From: an uncultured bacterium
GTDB lineage: Bacteria > Fidelibacterota > UBA2242
NCBI GenBank assembly: GCA_964589175.1
Contig: CAZPRY010000016.1
Location: 5,559 to 69,558 of the forward strand
DNA: 64,000 nt
Direction of reading: 5' to 3'
Positions 1 through 10,460 of this stretch are shown piece by piece. The notes beneath the pieces were generated by a model that was given only the letters and a program-made list of their open reading frames with translations, did not search any database and was not told where the DNA came from. Made by a program: the position numbers and the translations under genes. Position 1 is the stretch's first letter; each line of letters begins with the position of its first letter.

Positions 1-1
1 C

Positions 2-439
2 GAATATCATTTCCTGGACGAACAATTCGACCAGCTCTACCGCAATGAAATTCGCATGGCCGCCATTTTCAAGTATTTCGTGATTCTGGCCTTCTTCATA
101 TCCTGCCTCGGACTATTCGGCATGGCCTCCTTTACGGCCGTGCGCCGCAGAAAGGAAATCGGCATCCGCAAAGTTCAGGGTGCCACGATTTCCGGCGTCA
201 CGTTCCTGCTCTCGAAAGAATTCGCCAAATGGGTGCTGATCTCGAATCTGTTCGCCTGGCCGATTGCCTATTTCGCAATGAATAAGTGGCTGCAGCAATT
301 CGCCTACCGAATGGAACTGACGATCTGGCCCTTCCTTTTTTCGGGAGTTTTAACGCTCACAGTGGCCCTGATGACGGTCAGCTACCAGGCTGTCAAGGCC
401 GCCACGGCCAATCCGATTGAAGCACTTCGTTACGAGTAG
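2..439 (+). CDS. ABC transporter permease (MacB/FtsX family), 3' part; gene starts upstream of the window
   Basis: Frame is open from nt 2 (EYHFLDEQFDQLYRNEIRM...). It has the RRKEIGIRKV-GA motif and ends NPIEALRYE, like the paralogs at 15193, 17745 and 25430. Confidence 0.9.
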   Translation, partial: EYHFLDEQFDQLYRNEIRMAAIFKYFVILAFFISCLGLFGMASFTAVRRRKEIGIRKVQGATISGVTFLLSKEFAKWVLISNLFAWPIAYFAMNKWLQQFAYRMELTIWPFLFSGVLTLTVALMTVSYQAVKAATANPIEALRYE

Positions 440-453
440 CATCGAAGTGCGGA

Positions 454-569
454 GATCCCGAACTCGTTTCGGGATGGAGAGCCTGCGCTACAAGTAAGAT
501 CGACGCTGCAACTGATGCGATAAAACGTATCCGGCATGGAATATCCGGATTCGCAGCTTGCCCCCTACA
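454..569. repeat. Degenerate REP-like palindromic elements
   Basis: Hairpin ATCCCGAA-CTCGT-TTCGGGAT, then an imperfect ATCCGG...CCGGAT repeat, ending GCTTGCCCCCTAC (reverse complement of a GTAGGGG-type REP end). Confidence 0.4.
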
Positions 570-1000
570 ACTTCCACCTATGGTAAAATCAATCCAACAA
601 TGTCGGAACGCGAAACCCAAATAACAAATAAACCTGTGAACCAACTAACCTCTTCACTATCCCAATCTTTATCATTCCATAAAAGGCTTTACTTCTTTTT
701 TAAAAATCACTAATATGGATTCAACGGAGAACTACGAGCGGGAAGAACGCTATTTATGTTTACGTATCAACAAAAAACAATTGATTCCTTGCGAAAATTA
801 GATAAGTTATTAAAGGCATTCTGGTTTGCATATAAAAATGGCGTTCACTGTTCAAAATGTACCTAACTTTAATGGATCAATTTGTGTAAGACGGGTTCAT
901 ATTTGTATTTTGGGGAAGGTAAAATCTAAAAACACTACATATCCACAGGCCAAATCACAATCAATGATAAAGTAATTATGAAAAGGAAATATGAATCAAT

Positions 1001-3289
1001 ATGTTATCAGAAGATCAAATATTTGAAAATGAAGTGAGACGTATTGCTCGTCAACTCTGGCCTATAGCTCAGTATGATGGTGCTTCCATTGTCGAAAACA
1101 GAGAAAGAGATGGTATCTTTGAAACAGAAGAATGCATTCACTTAATAGAAGCAACAACATCAAGAAAAAAAAATAAAGCTTATGATGATAGTAAAAAATT
1201 GATAACTCTTGCAACCAGATATAAAACTAAAAAATGGAAAGCTATCAAATGTTGGTTTATCACAAAAGATGAACCAACAGCAGATCAACGCTCAGAAATT
1301 AATAAACACAAGGGACAAGTAATTGCTTTATCATTCACTCAATTTCAATCAAAATTAATTGATGTAAACACTTACCTATCATTACGAGACAAGTACTATT
1401 TTGGCAGTGTGAGAGATCCCAAGGATGGGGGAATTACTCCACCCATTGATTACATCCCTTTAGATTTAGTAGAGACAGCTGAAAATCGACTATGGTCTAT
1501 CGAAGAAATACGTAATTATCTTAAAGAGGGAAGTAAATTTTTCATTGTAGGTGATTATGGGTCCGGCAAAAGTATGACACTTCGAAAGATTTATCAAGAA
1601 TTCAAAAAGATGTAGATCAAGAATAATACCCAATTATTCCCGATATATATTAATCTGAGAGATCATCTTGGCCAGACCAATGCTTCCGAAATTTTCGAGC
1701 GCCACGCCAGAAACATTGGATTTCCTAATCCATCACATATAGTAAGAGCTTGGCGAGCTGGATACGTTATACTACTTATGGATGGAATTGATGAGTTAAC
1801 TACTGTTGGAATACAAGGAATATGGAAAAAACTTCAAACAATAAGATACGCGGCAATGCAAGGAATAAGAGAAATTATTCGGGACCACCCAAATAATATT
1901 GGTATAATTTTAGCTGGGAGGGAACATTTTTTTGATAGTGAGAAGGAACTCCGAAACGCGCTAGGGCTTTCTAATAGTTATTATCACTTATCAATATCAA
2001 AATTCTCTGATGAACAAATAAAAAAATACCTGGTGGAGAGTGGATTATCCGGTCAGATACCAATGTGGCTTCCAACTAGACCCCTTTTAATTGGATATTT
2101 GGCGGCACATGGATTTTTGGATGAAATGATTAATTGTGAAAATGATAAAGAAAAAAGCCAAATAATTAAAGATCCCGCCATCGGATGGGATTATTTGTTA
2201 GATAAAGTCTGTGAGAGAGAGGCCCAAATTGAAGCGGGTATTGATGGACACACAATTAGAAGAATATTGGAAAGATTAGCAACTAAATCGAGAATAGCCG
2301 AAGATGGACTATGCCCCTTATACCCAGATAAAATTATTTATGTATTCAAGGAAATTTGTGGGTATCTTCCAGATGAAAAAGGACTTTTACTTCTTCAAAG
2401 ATTACCTGGCTTGGGGATAGATAGAGCTGATGAAGAAACTCGAAAGTTCGTCGATGAGGATTTTGCAGATGTTTGCAGAGCCGGCGATATTTGTGAGTAT
2501 ATCTCACATCCATTTGATTTCGATACTTCGCTGTTTCTCGAATCCCAATGTGGCCTTCATGAATTAGGTATTGGTATTTCTATACACATACTTAATAAAT
2601 GTGAGTATAGTGAAAATAAAATAAATTCATCTCTTGACTTTGCCCAAAAAAGAAAAGCATCGGAAATATTAAAATCGGATATTATACGTATACTCATTAG
2701 TGGTCAATGGAATATAACCAATAGGACGGCTATTCAAGGATGTTTAATTCATCTTTTAACAATAGATGAAGACTTACCTGATGCTTCATTAATAATATTT
2801 AAAGATTGCTTTTTTTCTAAAATCGAAATAGGCCCTGATGTAAACTCTAGTAAATGTCCAAAATTTATAGATTGTTATGTTGGAAAAATTGAAGGGCGCG
2901 TTTCTAAAGATGATCTTCCTTCTAATATTTTCAATACAGAATGCATTATTGATGAATTTATTGACCATAAAAGTACTACTAATTCGATAATTGCTTTAGA
3001 TTTACCTTTAGGTACAAAAGTTCTGTTAACGATATTAAAAAAACTATATTTCCAGAGCGGTTCTGGAAGGAAAGAAAAAGCATTGTCTGCAGGCCTAGAT
3101 CACCACGCAAAACGTATTGTATCAGATGTTTTAAAAATTGCTCAATCTGAGGGGCTAATTATACCCTATAAGAGGGGTACTCTTCACATCTGGCTACCGG
3201 ATAGAAACCAAAGGGCAAGAGTTACACGAATTATTTCTTCACCAAATGAATCAGTGGATATATTGATTTCTAAAACTAAGGAGTTGTGA
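1001..3289 (+). pseudogene. NACHT/STAND NTPase with N-terminal PD-(D/E)xK-like nuclease domain, interrupted by one in-frame TAG at 1613-1615
   Basis: ORFs 1001-1615 and 1778-3289 share a frame (offset 777). The gap reads open after the TAG: IKNNTQLFPIYINLRDH...RAGYVILL. Walker A GDYGSGKS precedes the stop and Walker B ILLMDGIDE follows it. N-terminus has FE..V / ERDGIF / IEAT. AT-rich. Confidence 0.85.
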
Positions 3290-3364
3290 TAATTCACTTC
3301 AATGCTACCAACCAACATAACGAATAAGTTATCTAGTATATTAATTGTATCCTTGACTCCGGTA

Positions 3365-3817
3365 AAACTTAGTCAGGTTTCGGTTTTGATTTACGACCTG
3401 AACGACCGCTTGCTGGAAACAATGGTAGAATAAAAACAAAGCCCCGGGGATTATACCGTTCATTGGCAACCGGGCAATATTTCCAGCGGGCTTTATTCTT
3501 CCTTCGAAATACCACAGGTATAAACCTGTGGAAGGAAGTATCCGCTGTCTTATGCTATATTATGTAGATGGAGTACAAGAAACAAGCCCATGCCGTCTAT
3601 TACATGCGATATCACATAGGCTACTTTGAATCGACAGTTGGCATCAATGAAAGTGTGATAAGGGAATATATAGAGAAGCAGTCGCAAGAAGACAGCGGAC
3701 AAGCGAAGCTTGTACTCTGATATTTAATGCTACGGGCGCGAGCCCGTAGTTTTTTACTTTATCATGCTGGAGACTGAAAACGCGCAGAGAGTAAGAAAAA
3801 CGCTGTATTTGAAATAG
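3365..3817 (+). pseudogene. Remnant of a T9SS type-A-like C-terminal sorting domain, interrupted by an IS200 derivative
   Basis: Reads KLSQVSVLIYDLNDRLLETMVE*KQSPGDYTVHWQPGNISSGLY, then the insert at 3497-3757, then FIMLETENAQRVRKTLYLK*. Same pattern as the C-terminus of the GH13 in this window. Confidence 0.75.
3497..3757 (+). mobile_element. Internally deleted IS200-family (Y1 HUH TnpA) element, non-autonomous
   Basis: Left hairpin CCACAGGT-ATAA-ACCTGTGG (3512-3531) and right hairpin CTACGGGC-GCGA-GCCCGTAG (3730-3749). The 50-aa ORF 3568-3720 joins a TnpA N-terminus (MEYKKQAHAVYYMRYHI) to a TnpA C-terminus (GYFESTVGINESVIREYIEKQ). No target duplication. Confidence 0.8.
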
Positions 3818-3838
3818 GCGAATCTTTGGAAGGAAATC

Positions 3839-3976
3839 ACGAAAAACCGTCTTACGTATCTATTTGCCGTCCTTGTACTTTTTTCCTGTTCGAATGAAAT
3901 CCTGAAAGAGATCTCCATACCGTTGAACACCGAATCTGTGGACACTTATCAACTGTCAGGCGGATGGATCGGATAG
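3839..3976 (+). pseudogene. Truncated lipoprotein gene remnant
   Basis: After AGGAAATC the frame reads (ACG)KNRLTYLFAVLVLFSC-SNEILK: a signal peptide with lipobox LFSC, start codon apparently ATG>ACG. It is cut off where the tandem repeat begins. Confidence 0.45.
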
Positions 3977-4203
3977 GCCAGGTGCGAGTACTCCAAAGAC
4001 CTTCGATCTGCCGACCCGATTCTTCGGCCCTATGGGCCTCAGAATGACACTCTTCCCCAGACCGTCATCCTGAACGAAGCGGAGCGGAGTGAAGGATCGG
4101 GTAGGCCAGGCGCGAGTACTCCAGAGACCTACGATTTGCCAACCCGATTCTTCGGGCATTTCATGCCCTCAGAATGACGCCCTTACCCACACCGTCATCC
4201 TGA
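3966..4203. repeat. Tandem palindromic repeat, 128-bp period, about 1.9 copies
   Basis: GGATCGG(A/G)TAGGCCAGG...GATTCTTCGG..hairpin..CTCAGAATGAC...ACCGTCATCCTGA starts at 3966 and again at 4094. Belongs to the GTCATCCTGA...TCAGAATGAC class of dispersed repeats. Confidence 0.8.
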
Positions 4204-4359
4204 GAAACTCTAGCAATTTCGGTCTTCCCCGGAAAAGTATTTGATCCTGCCGAAACAAAATTTAACTTTGGACAAAATTGCAGTGCAAAGGCAATTTTTC
4301 AGAGATTGAAATCGGAAAGCAATGATTCCTCGAGATAGGCAAGCAATAGGAATATTTTC

Positions 4360-5508
4360 ATGAAAAAGAGACTCATTTTCGGTATTCTCGGCGCCGTATT
4401 TTTAGCCTTACTGGCCTGGCGCATTATCCTGCTGGTGACCAAGGACAAAGCTGATTCGTCACGGGCTTTCGCCCGTCCGCCGGTGGCCGTCGAAGTGGAC
4501 ACAGTGCGCCACGAATCCATCCAGGAAACGCTCCAACTGACTGGAACGATCTACCCACTCTATCAATATATCGTCGCACCGAAGGTTTCCGGCCGGATCA
4601 TCCGGATCAACAAGCGTATCGGGGACTGGGTGCGCAAGGGCGAAATCATCGCCCAAATCGACGACGCGGAATACCAGCAGGCGGTGCTTGAAGCCGAAGC
4701 CAATCTGAAAATTTCGCAGGCCAACCTGACGGAAAACGAAATCCAGCATGACCTGGCCCGGCAGGAACTGGAGCGCATCCAGTCACTGCAGCAGAAGGGC
4801 ATCGCCTCCCCGGCCGAACTGGATGCCGTTAACTCCAATTTTTCGGCGCTGCAGTCGCGCATCAAACTGGCCCAGGCGCAGGTCGAACAGCGCGAGGCCG
4901 CCCTCTCTTCCGCCAAAATCCGTCTGAGCTATACGGTCCTGCTGGCCTCCGAGCCCGGTTTCATCGGGGAACGTTTTATCGACGAAGGCAGTCTGCTGGC
5001 GCCCAATTCGCCGGTGGTATCCGTCCTCGGGATCGAAACCGTTATCGTGCGGACAACCGTCATCGAACGGGTTTACGGCCAGATCCGGATCGGGCAGGCG
5101 GCCGAAATCGCAGTGGACGCCTTCCCGGATCGGGCATTTCACGGCAAGGTCTCCCGCATCGCGCCGATGCTGCAGGAATCCTCACGCGTGGCGCAGATGG
5201 AAGTCGAGGTCGCCAACCAGGACCTGTTTCTGAAACCGGGCATGTTCACGAAAGTCATTATCGTACTTGCGGAGTCGCAGAACGCCCAGGTGATTCCCAG
5301 CCCGGCGCTTGTAAACCGCAATGCTGTCAACGGCGTCTTTGTCATCCGGAAGGATGAGACCGTCGCCCATTTCGTGCCTGTCCAAACCGGAATCGGCACG
5401 CTTGACAAAACCGAGATCACTTCGCCTGAAATCGACGGCGTCGTGGTCACGCTTGGACAGCATCTGCTGGAAGACAATGGCAATGTTATTCTGCCACGCA
5501 GGCAGTAG
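4360..5508 (+). CDS. RND efflux periplasmic adaptor (membrane fusion protein)
   Basis: N-terminal TM, APKVSGRI..GDWVRKGEIIAQID lipoyl-like motif, coiled coil, LKPGMF motif; lies upstream of the RND pump. Confidence 0.92.
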   Translation: MKKRLIFGILGAVFLALLAWRIILLVTKDKADSSRAFARPPVAVEVDTVRHESIQETLQLTGTIYPLYQYIVAPKVSGRIIRINKRIGDWVRKGEIIAQIDDAEYQQAVLEAEANLKISQANLTENEIQHDLARQELERIQSLQQKGIASPAELDAVNSNFSALQSRIKLAQAQVEQREAALSSAKIRLSYTVLLASEPGFIGERFIDEGSLLAPNSPVVSVLGIETVIVRTTVIERVYGQIRIGQAAEIAVDAFPDRAFHGKVSRIAPMLQESSRVAQMEVEVANQDLFLKPGMFTKVIIVLAESQNAQVIPSPALVNRNAVNGVFVIRKDETVAHFVPVQTGIGTLDKTEITSPEIDGVVVTLGQHLLEDNGNVILPRRQ

Positions 5509-5551
5509 ACGTACGGGATCGAATCGCTGATTTGAATAAGGAATTGATGAT

Positions 5552-8500
5552 ATGAGTATTGCGCGGGGACCGGTCAACCGTCCGATTTTGACTTCGATTA
5601 TATTTTTGATCGTAATTATCCTGGGGATTGTTTCCCTGTCGCGGCTGTCCATCGATCTCATGCCGGAAATTACCTACCCGACGATCTCGGTGGTAACCAG
5701 TTACGGCAATGTCGGGCCGCAGGAGATGGAAGAGCTGATAACCCGGCCCATCGAAGAGGCTTTGGCTGCGGTACAGGGCGTCGAGGAAATCACCTCCACT
5801 TCTTCGGAGGGGAATAGCCGGGTGCGCGTACTTTTCGGATGGGGTACGGACTTAGACGTTGCCGCCAACGATATCCGTGACCGCATCGACCGCGTTCTGG
5901 GGCGCCTGCCGGAAGACATCGAACGACCCATGATCCGTAAGTTCGATCTCTCCGCCTTCCCTATCCTGCACATCGGCGTATCCAGTAATCTTGACCCCCT
6001 GATCCTGCGCCAGATAATCGACGATCAGGTCAAATATCGCCTGGAACGGGTTCCGGGCGTCGCCGCCGTGGATATCCGGGGCGGTCTGAGCCGCGAAATT
6101 CACATTGATTTGAATTCCGCCCAGATGAAAGCCCTCGGGCTTTCCACCGACGCCGTCTTATCGGCACTCGGCAATGAAAACCGTAACATACCGGCCGGTC
6201 TGTACGATAAAGGCAACTTCGAGATTTTAATCCGCACCCAGGGTGAATTCCTTACCCTGGAGGAAATCCGTAATACCGTCGTGGCGATGCGCCGGGGAAC
6301 GCCCATCCGGATTCGCGATATTGCCAATGTGGAGGATTCCTGGGAAGAAGTGCGCCAGATTATCCGCATCAACGGTCAACCCGGGCTGCGTATCTCGATC
6401 AATAAACAATCCGGGGCCAATACCGTGACCGTCGCCGATGCCGCCAAAGCCGAAATCGCCCGCATCAACCGCGACCTGCCCCAAATCGAGCTGATCCCAT
6501 TAATCGATACATCGAAATACATCCGGCAGTCCATATCCAATGTCGGCAATTCCATTCTGCTCGGCGGAATCCTGGCCATTCTGATCCTCTTCCTGTTCCT
6601 GCGCAACGTATCCAGCACCGCGATTATTGCCATGGCGATTCCGATATCGGTGATCGCCACCTTCGGCGTAATGTACTTCGGCGGATTCACGCTGAACATT
6701 ATGACCTTCGGCGCCCTGGCCCTGGGCATCGGCATGCTCGTCGATAGTTCAATTGTCGTTCTGGAAAACATTTACCGGCACCGGGAAGAAGGCAATTCTC
6801 TGAGGCAGAGTGCGCTCGACGGCACCGCCGAAGTCGGCTCGGCCATTACGGCCAGCGTCCTGACCACAATTGTCGTCTTTCTCCCGGTAATTTTCATTCG
6901 CGGAATGTCCGGCATCATGTTCCAGCAAATGGCTTACGTGGTCAGTTTTTCGTTATTGTGTTCGCTGATCGTCGCACTTACCCTGATCCCGATGTTTTCC
7001 TCCCGTTTTCTGCATCTTCAATCCGCCGATCAGGCTGCCGGAACCGGCTGGCTGCACAGGATTTACGCGGTCAGCGAACGTTCCTTCCGGAGCGTGGAAG
7101 CACGCTATGGCCTCTTGCTGCAGTGGGCACTCGCCCATCGCAGAATTGTGCTTGGCGCAACCGGCATTCTTTTCATTATTTCGGTCGTTCTGATCCGTTT
7201 CATCGGCGTCGAACTCATGCCCACCGCCGATGAAGGCGAAGTCCGTATTAACCTCGAAATGGCCGTTGGCACGCGGCTGGAAATCGTGGACCAGGCGACG
7301 CGCACGGTCGAAAATATCGTCAGGCGCGAAGTCCCCGAACTGGTATCGGTGATATCGCGCATCGGGGGCGGCGGCTATCATTCGGCAGGCGGTCATATGG
7401 CCGAGATCCAGGTGACCCTCGTTCCCAAGAAAGAGCGCCATCGCAGCAGCGAGCAGATCGCCAACGATCTGCGTAAAGCGCTGTCCGGCGTTTCGGGAGT
7501 TACGATCCGCACTCGTGCCGGGCAGGGCCTGTTTTTACTGCGTATGGGTTCATCCTCGACCGACAACATCAGTGTGGAAATCCGCGGCTATAATCTGAAA
7601 ACCGCCCAGGAACTTGCCAAAAAGGTCGAGCAGCGTATCCAGACCGTTCCCGGAATTACCGATACCAAAATCAGCCGCGAAGAGGGCAGCCCCGAACAGA
7701 TCATCCGCATTGACCGGCAGAAAGCCGCGGATTTGGGACTGAGCGTTTCCCGTATCGGGGACGCTTTGCAGACCGCCATCGGTGGCAGCCCCGCATCGTA
7801 TTTCCGTGAGCACGGCAAGCAATACCGGATCGTGGTCAGACTCAGCGAATCGGATCGCCGCAACCTGAGCGATCTCATGGATCTGACCGTCATCAACAAC
7901 CGCGGCGAGCCGGTGATTCTGCGCAACGTCGTCGCCAACATACCGCAGGAAGGCCCGGTATCGCTGGAACGCAAAGACCAGGAGCGCATCATCACGGTTA
8001 ATGCCAATTTTACGGGCCGCGATATGGGTTCGGTGATCGCCGATATCCGCGAGCAGTTGCGCTCGGTGCCGGTTTCCAAGGATTTCAGCATCCTTTTCGG
8101 CGGCGACTACGAAGAACAGCAAAAAGCCTTCCGCGAGCTGATGTTCGGTTTCATCCTGGCCATTCTGCTCGTCTACCTCGTAATGGCCGGGCAATTCGAA
8201 TCATTCCGCGATCCGTTTGTAGTGCTATTTTCGATTCCGATGGCAATTATAGGCATCGTCGTCACCATGATTCTGACCGGCACAACCTTCAGCATGCAGG
8301 CTTTCATGGGCTGCATCATGCTGGCCGGTATCGTCGTCAATAACGCCATTCTGCTGGTGGATACGACCAATCAGCTGCGCCGCAAAGCGGGCATGGCGCT
8401 TATGCAAGCCGTCAGCCTGGCCGGTTCACGCCGGCTGCGCCCGATCCTGATGACAACCCTGACCACCGTACTGGGACTGCTGCCGCTGTCGCTGGGTTTG

Positions 8501-8647
8501 GGTGAGGGCGGTGAGACGCAGGCGCCGCTGGCGCGCGTTGTCATCGGCGGTCTGACCAGTTCAACCCTGATCACGCTCGTGCTGGTACCCGTCATCTACA
8601 GCATTTTCGAGCAGCGGCTCAAATCCAATAATAAATCCGAAGTCTAA
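5552..8647 (+). CDS. RND efflux permease (AcrB/AcrD/AcrF family)
   Basis: 1031 aa; GMLVDSSIVVLENI, GIVVNNAILLVD and RLRPILMTTLTT motifs. Confidence 0.95.
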   Translation: MSIARGPVNRPILTSIIFLIVIILGIVSLSRLSIDLMPEITYPTISVVTSYGNVGPQEMEELITRPIEEALAAVQGVEEITSTSSEGNSRVRVLFGWGTDLDVAANDIRDRIDRVLGRLPEDIERPMIRKFDLSAFPILHIGVSSNLDPLILRQIIDDQVKYRLERVPGVAAVDIRGGLSREIHIDLNSAQMKALGLSTDAVLSALGNENRNIPAGLYDKGNFEILIRTQGEFLTLEEIRNTVVAMRRGTPIRIRDIANVEDSWEEVRQIIRINGQPGLRISINKQSGANTVTVADAAKAEIARINRDLPQIELIPLIDTSKYIRQSISNVGNSILLGGILAILILFLFLRNVSSTAIIAMAIPISVIATFGVMYFGGFTLNIMTFGALALGIGMLVDSSIVVLENIYRHREEGNSLRQSALDGTAEVGSAITASVLTTIVVFLPVIFIRGMSGIMFQQMAYVVSFSLLCSLIVALTLIPMFSSRFLHLQSADQAAGTGWLHRIYAVSERSFRSVEARYGLLLQWALAHRRIVLGATGILFIISVVLIRFIGVELMPTADEGEVRINLEMAVGTRLEIVDQATRTVENIVRREVPELVSVISRIGGGGYHSAGGHMAEIQVTLVPKKERHRSSEQIANDLRKALSGVSGVTIRTRAGQGLFLLRMGSSSTDNISVEIRGYNLKTAQELAKKVEQRIQTVPGITDTKISREEGSPEQIIRIDRQKAADLGLSVSRIGDALQTAIGGSPASYFREHGKQYRIVVRLSESDRRNLSDLMDLTVINNRGEPVILRNVVANIPQEGPVSLERKDQERIITVNANFTGRDMGSVIADIREQLRSVPVSKDFSILFGGDYEEQQKAFRELMFGFILAILLVYLVMAGQFESFRDPFVVLFSIPMAIIGIVVTMILTGTTFSMQAFMGCIMLAGIVVNNAILLVDTTNQLRRKAGMALMQAVSLAGSRRLRPILMTTLTTVLGLLPLSLGLGEGGETQAPLARVVIGGLTSSTLITLVLVPVIYSIFEQRLKSNNKSEV

Positions 8648-8678
8648 TGATTTATTTAGAAACGCTTACAGAGAAATC

Positions 8679-10184
8679 ATGAAACGATTTACGATCCTTT
8701 TCATAATGGCCCAATTCGCGTGGCTGACGACTTTAACAGCAACCGAATCAGGCCTTACCCGCAACACAAGAACGGACACCCTGGCGATCGGTCTGCAGGA
8801 AGCGATCCTGCAAGCCCTGGAACGCAATCCCGCCGTTTCTATTCAGCGTCTCGATCCGGAAATCGCCAAAACCTACACCGGGGAAGCAGGCGCAGCTTTC
8901 GATCCGCAACTGGCGATTACGACCAGCAACAGCGAGACGAAACAGCAGCGTTTCCTGGGCTCGCGACCCGACCCGTTTGAACTAACCACCAAGCGCTCGC
9001 AATATGATGTGAGTATCAGCGAAACGCTGCCCACCGGCACGGCCGTCTCAGCCAATGCCTCCATCAGCGGCACGCTATCCAGTATTTACTCGGATCAATA
9101 TACCGGGAGCGTCGGGCTGACCGTCACCCAATCTTTATTGCAGGGCTTCGGCACCGGCTACAATATGGCCAGCCTGCGTAAAGCCCGCCTGGATGTCGAT
9201 ATCTCAATACTCGAGCTCAAAGCCGTCGCCGAACAGGTTACCGCCGATGTGGAAAGGGCCTATTGGGACCTTTTCCTGGCCGAACAGGAAATGGCGATCC
9301 AGCAAAAATCACTCGATCTGGCAGGACAACAACTTGATGAATCGCGCGAAAGAGTCGCCGTCGGCCGTCTGCCGGAACTGGAGCTCGCCGCCGTCCTGGC
9401 CGAAGTCGCATCACGCAGGGAAGCCCTGATCGATGCCCAGAGCCGCTACGAACAGGCCCGTCTTTATTTCCTTTTCCTGCTGAATCCCGCCCAAGCGAAT
9501 CCGTGGGAACTCTGCCTGATTCCCGTAGATCAACCCTTCATCCCGCTGGACACGCTGGACAGCATTCCCATTCATGAGCAGCTGGCCCGGAAATATCGCG
9601 CCGATCTGCAGCAAGCCCAACTGAATCTTCAGAAAAATAAACTGGATCTCGTGCGCACCCGCAACGGACTGCTGCCGCGCCTGGATCTGTTCATCAACCT
9701 CGGGCGCACTACCTACGCCAAGTCCTTCAAAGAGAGTATACCCGACGTTCAAAGTCCATTTTACGACGCCACCGCCGGTATTTCGTTCGAACTGCCGCTA
9801 CGCAACCGCGAGGCCCGCGCGCAATATTCACGTACGCAATTCACGCGCGACCAGATGGAGCTATCGCTGCTGAATATGGAACGCCTTGTACAGCGCGATG
9901 TGCGTTCCGCCCATATCGAGGTGCTGCGCGCGCGGCAGCAGATTGAGGCAACCCAGGTCGCTCGCGACTTGCAGGAAAAGAAATTTCTGGCCGAACAGGA
10001 AAAATTCCGGGTGGGAAAATCTACGAATTTCCTGGTCCTGCAGACCCAGCGCGATTTCGTTGCCGGACAGCTCGGCGAAGCCCGGGCGAAGGTGGCTTAC
10101 CTGAACGCGCTGGTCGATTTGTACCTGATGGAAGGGACGCTTCTCGAAAGACGGGGCATCCGTTCCTTCAGCGCCCGGCCGTGA
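8679..10184 (+). CDS. TolC-family outer membrane efflux protein
   Basis: Signal peptide, repeated OEP helices, EQEKFRVGKSTNFLVLQ; third gene of the RND operon. Confidence 0.9.
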   Translation: MKRFTILFIMAQFAWLTTLTATESGLTRNTRTDTLAIGLQEAILQALERNPAVSIQRLDPEIAKTYTGEAGAAFDPQLAITTSNSETKQQRFLGSRPDPFELTTKRSQYDVSISETLPTGTAVSANASISGTLSSIYSDQYTGSVGLTVTQSLLQGFGTGYNMASLRKARLDVDISILELKAVAEQVTADVERAYWDLFLAEQEMAIQQKSLDLAGQQLDESRERVAVGRLPELELAAVLAEVASRREALIDAQSRYEQARLYFLFLLNPAQANPWELCLIPVDQPFIPLDTLDSIPIHEQLARKYRADLQQAQLNLQKNKLDLVRTRNGLLPRLDLFINLGRTTYAKSFKESIPDVQSPFYDATAGISFELPLRNREARAQYSRTQFTRDQMELSLLNMERLVQRDVRSAHIEVLRARQQIEATQVARDLQEKKFLAEQEKFRVGKSTNFLVLQTQRDFVAGQLGEARAKVAYLNALVDLYLMEGTLLERRGIRSFSARP

Positions 10185-10460
10185 ACATGATGCATTGAAC
10201 TGGAGCAGACTCCTTTCCCGATACTTCGGGACAGCGACTTTGCAATCGAAAATTTACTCCAGCCGCTAGCGCAGACTGGCTTGGATTGGCATCACGATCG
10301 ACATAAATCCTGGAACAAATCTTTGATACGATAACATGCAGAGAATCCGAGTTCTAAGGTTTTTGTAACATTAAATCAACATTCGGCTCAAAAACAGTGA
10401 ATTAAAATTATTCAGAAATGCCAGCTATTTATTTATCGAGATATCACGAGGAAATCAATA

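Noticed and set aside
1613-1615. Pyrrolysine or genome-wide TAG recoding
   Set aside because: TAG terminates conserved C-termini elsewhere (LRYE-TAG at 439, LRHE-TAG at 17622), and no pyl genes are in the window.
3956-4159. 67-aa ORF, and ORFs 14690-14992, 20142-20360, 20517-20759 and 23367-23663
   Set aside because: They overlap repeats, regulatory sites or attC sites and lack RBS or protein-like features.
3966-4203. Possible CRISPR array
   Set aside because: Whole 128-bp units are similar, with no unique spacers; fewer than two full copies and no cas genes in the window.
4240-4270. Bacteroidota-type promoter TTTG-N19-TAACTTTG
   Set aside because: Single instance; other promoters in the window look like ordinary -35/-10, so it is not distinguishable from chance.
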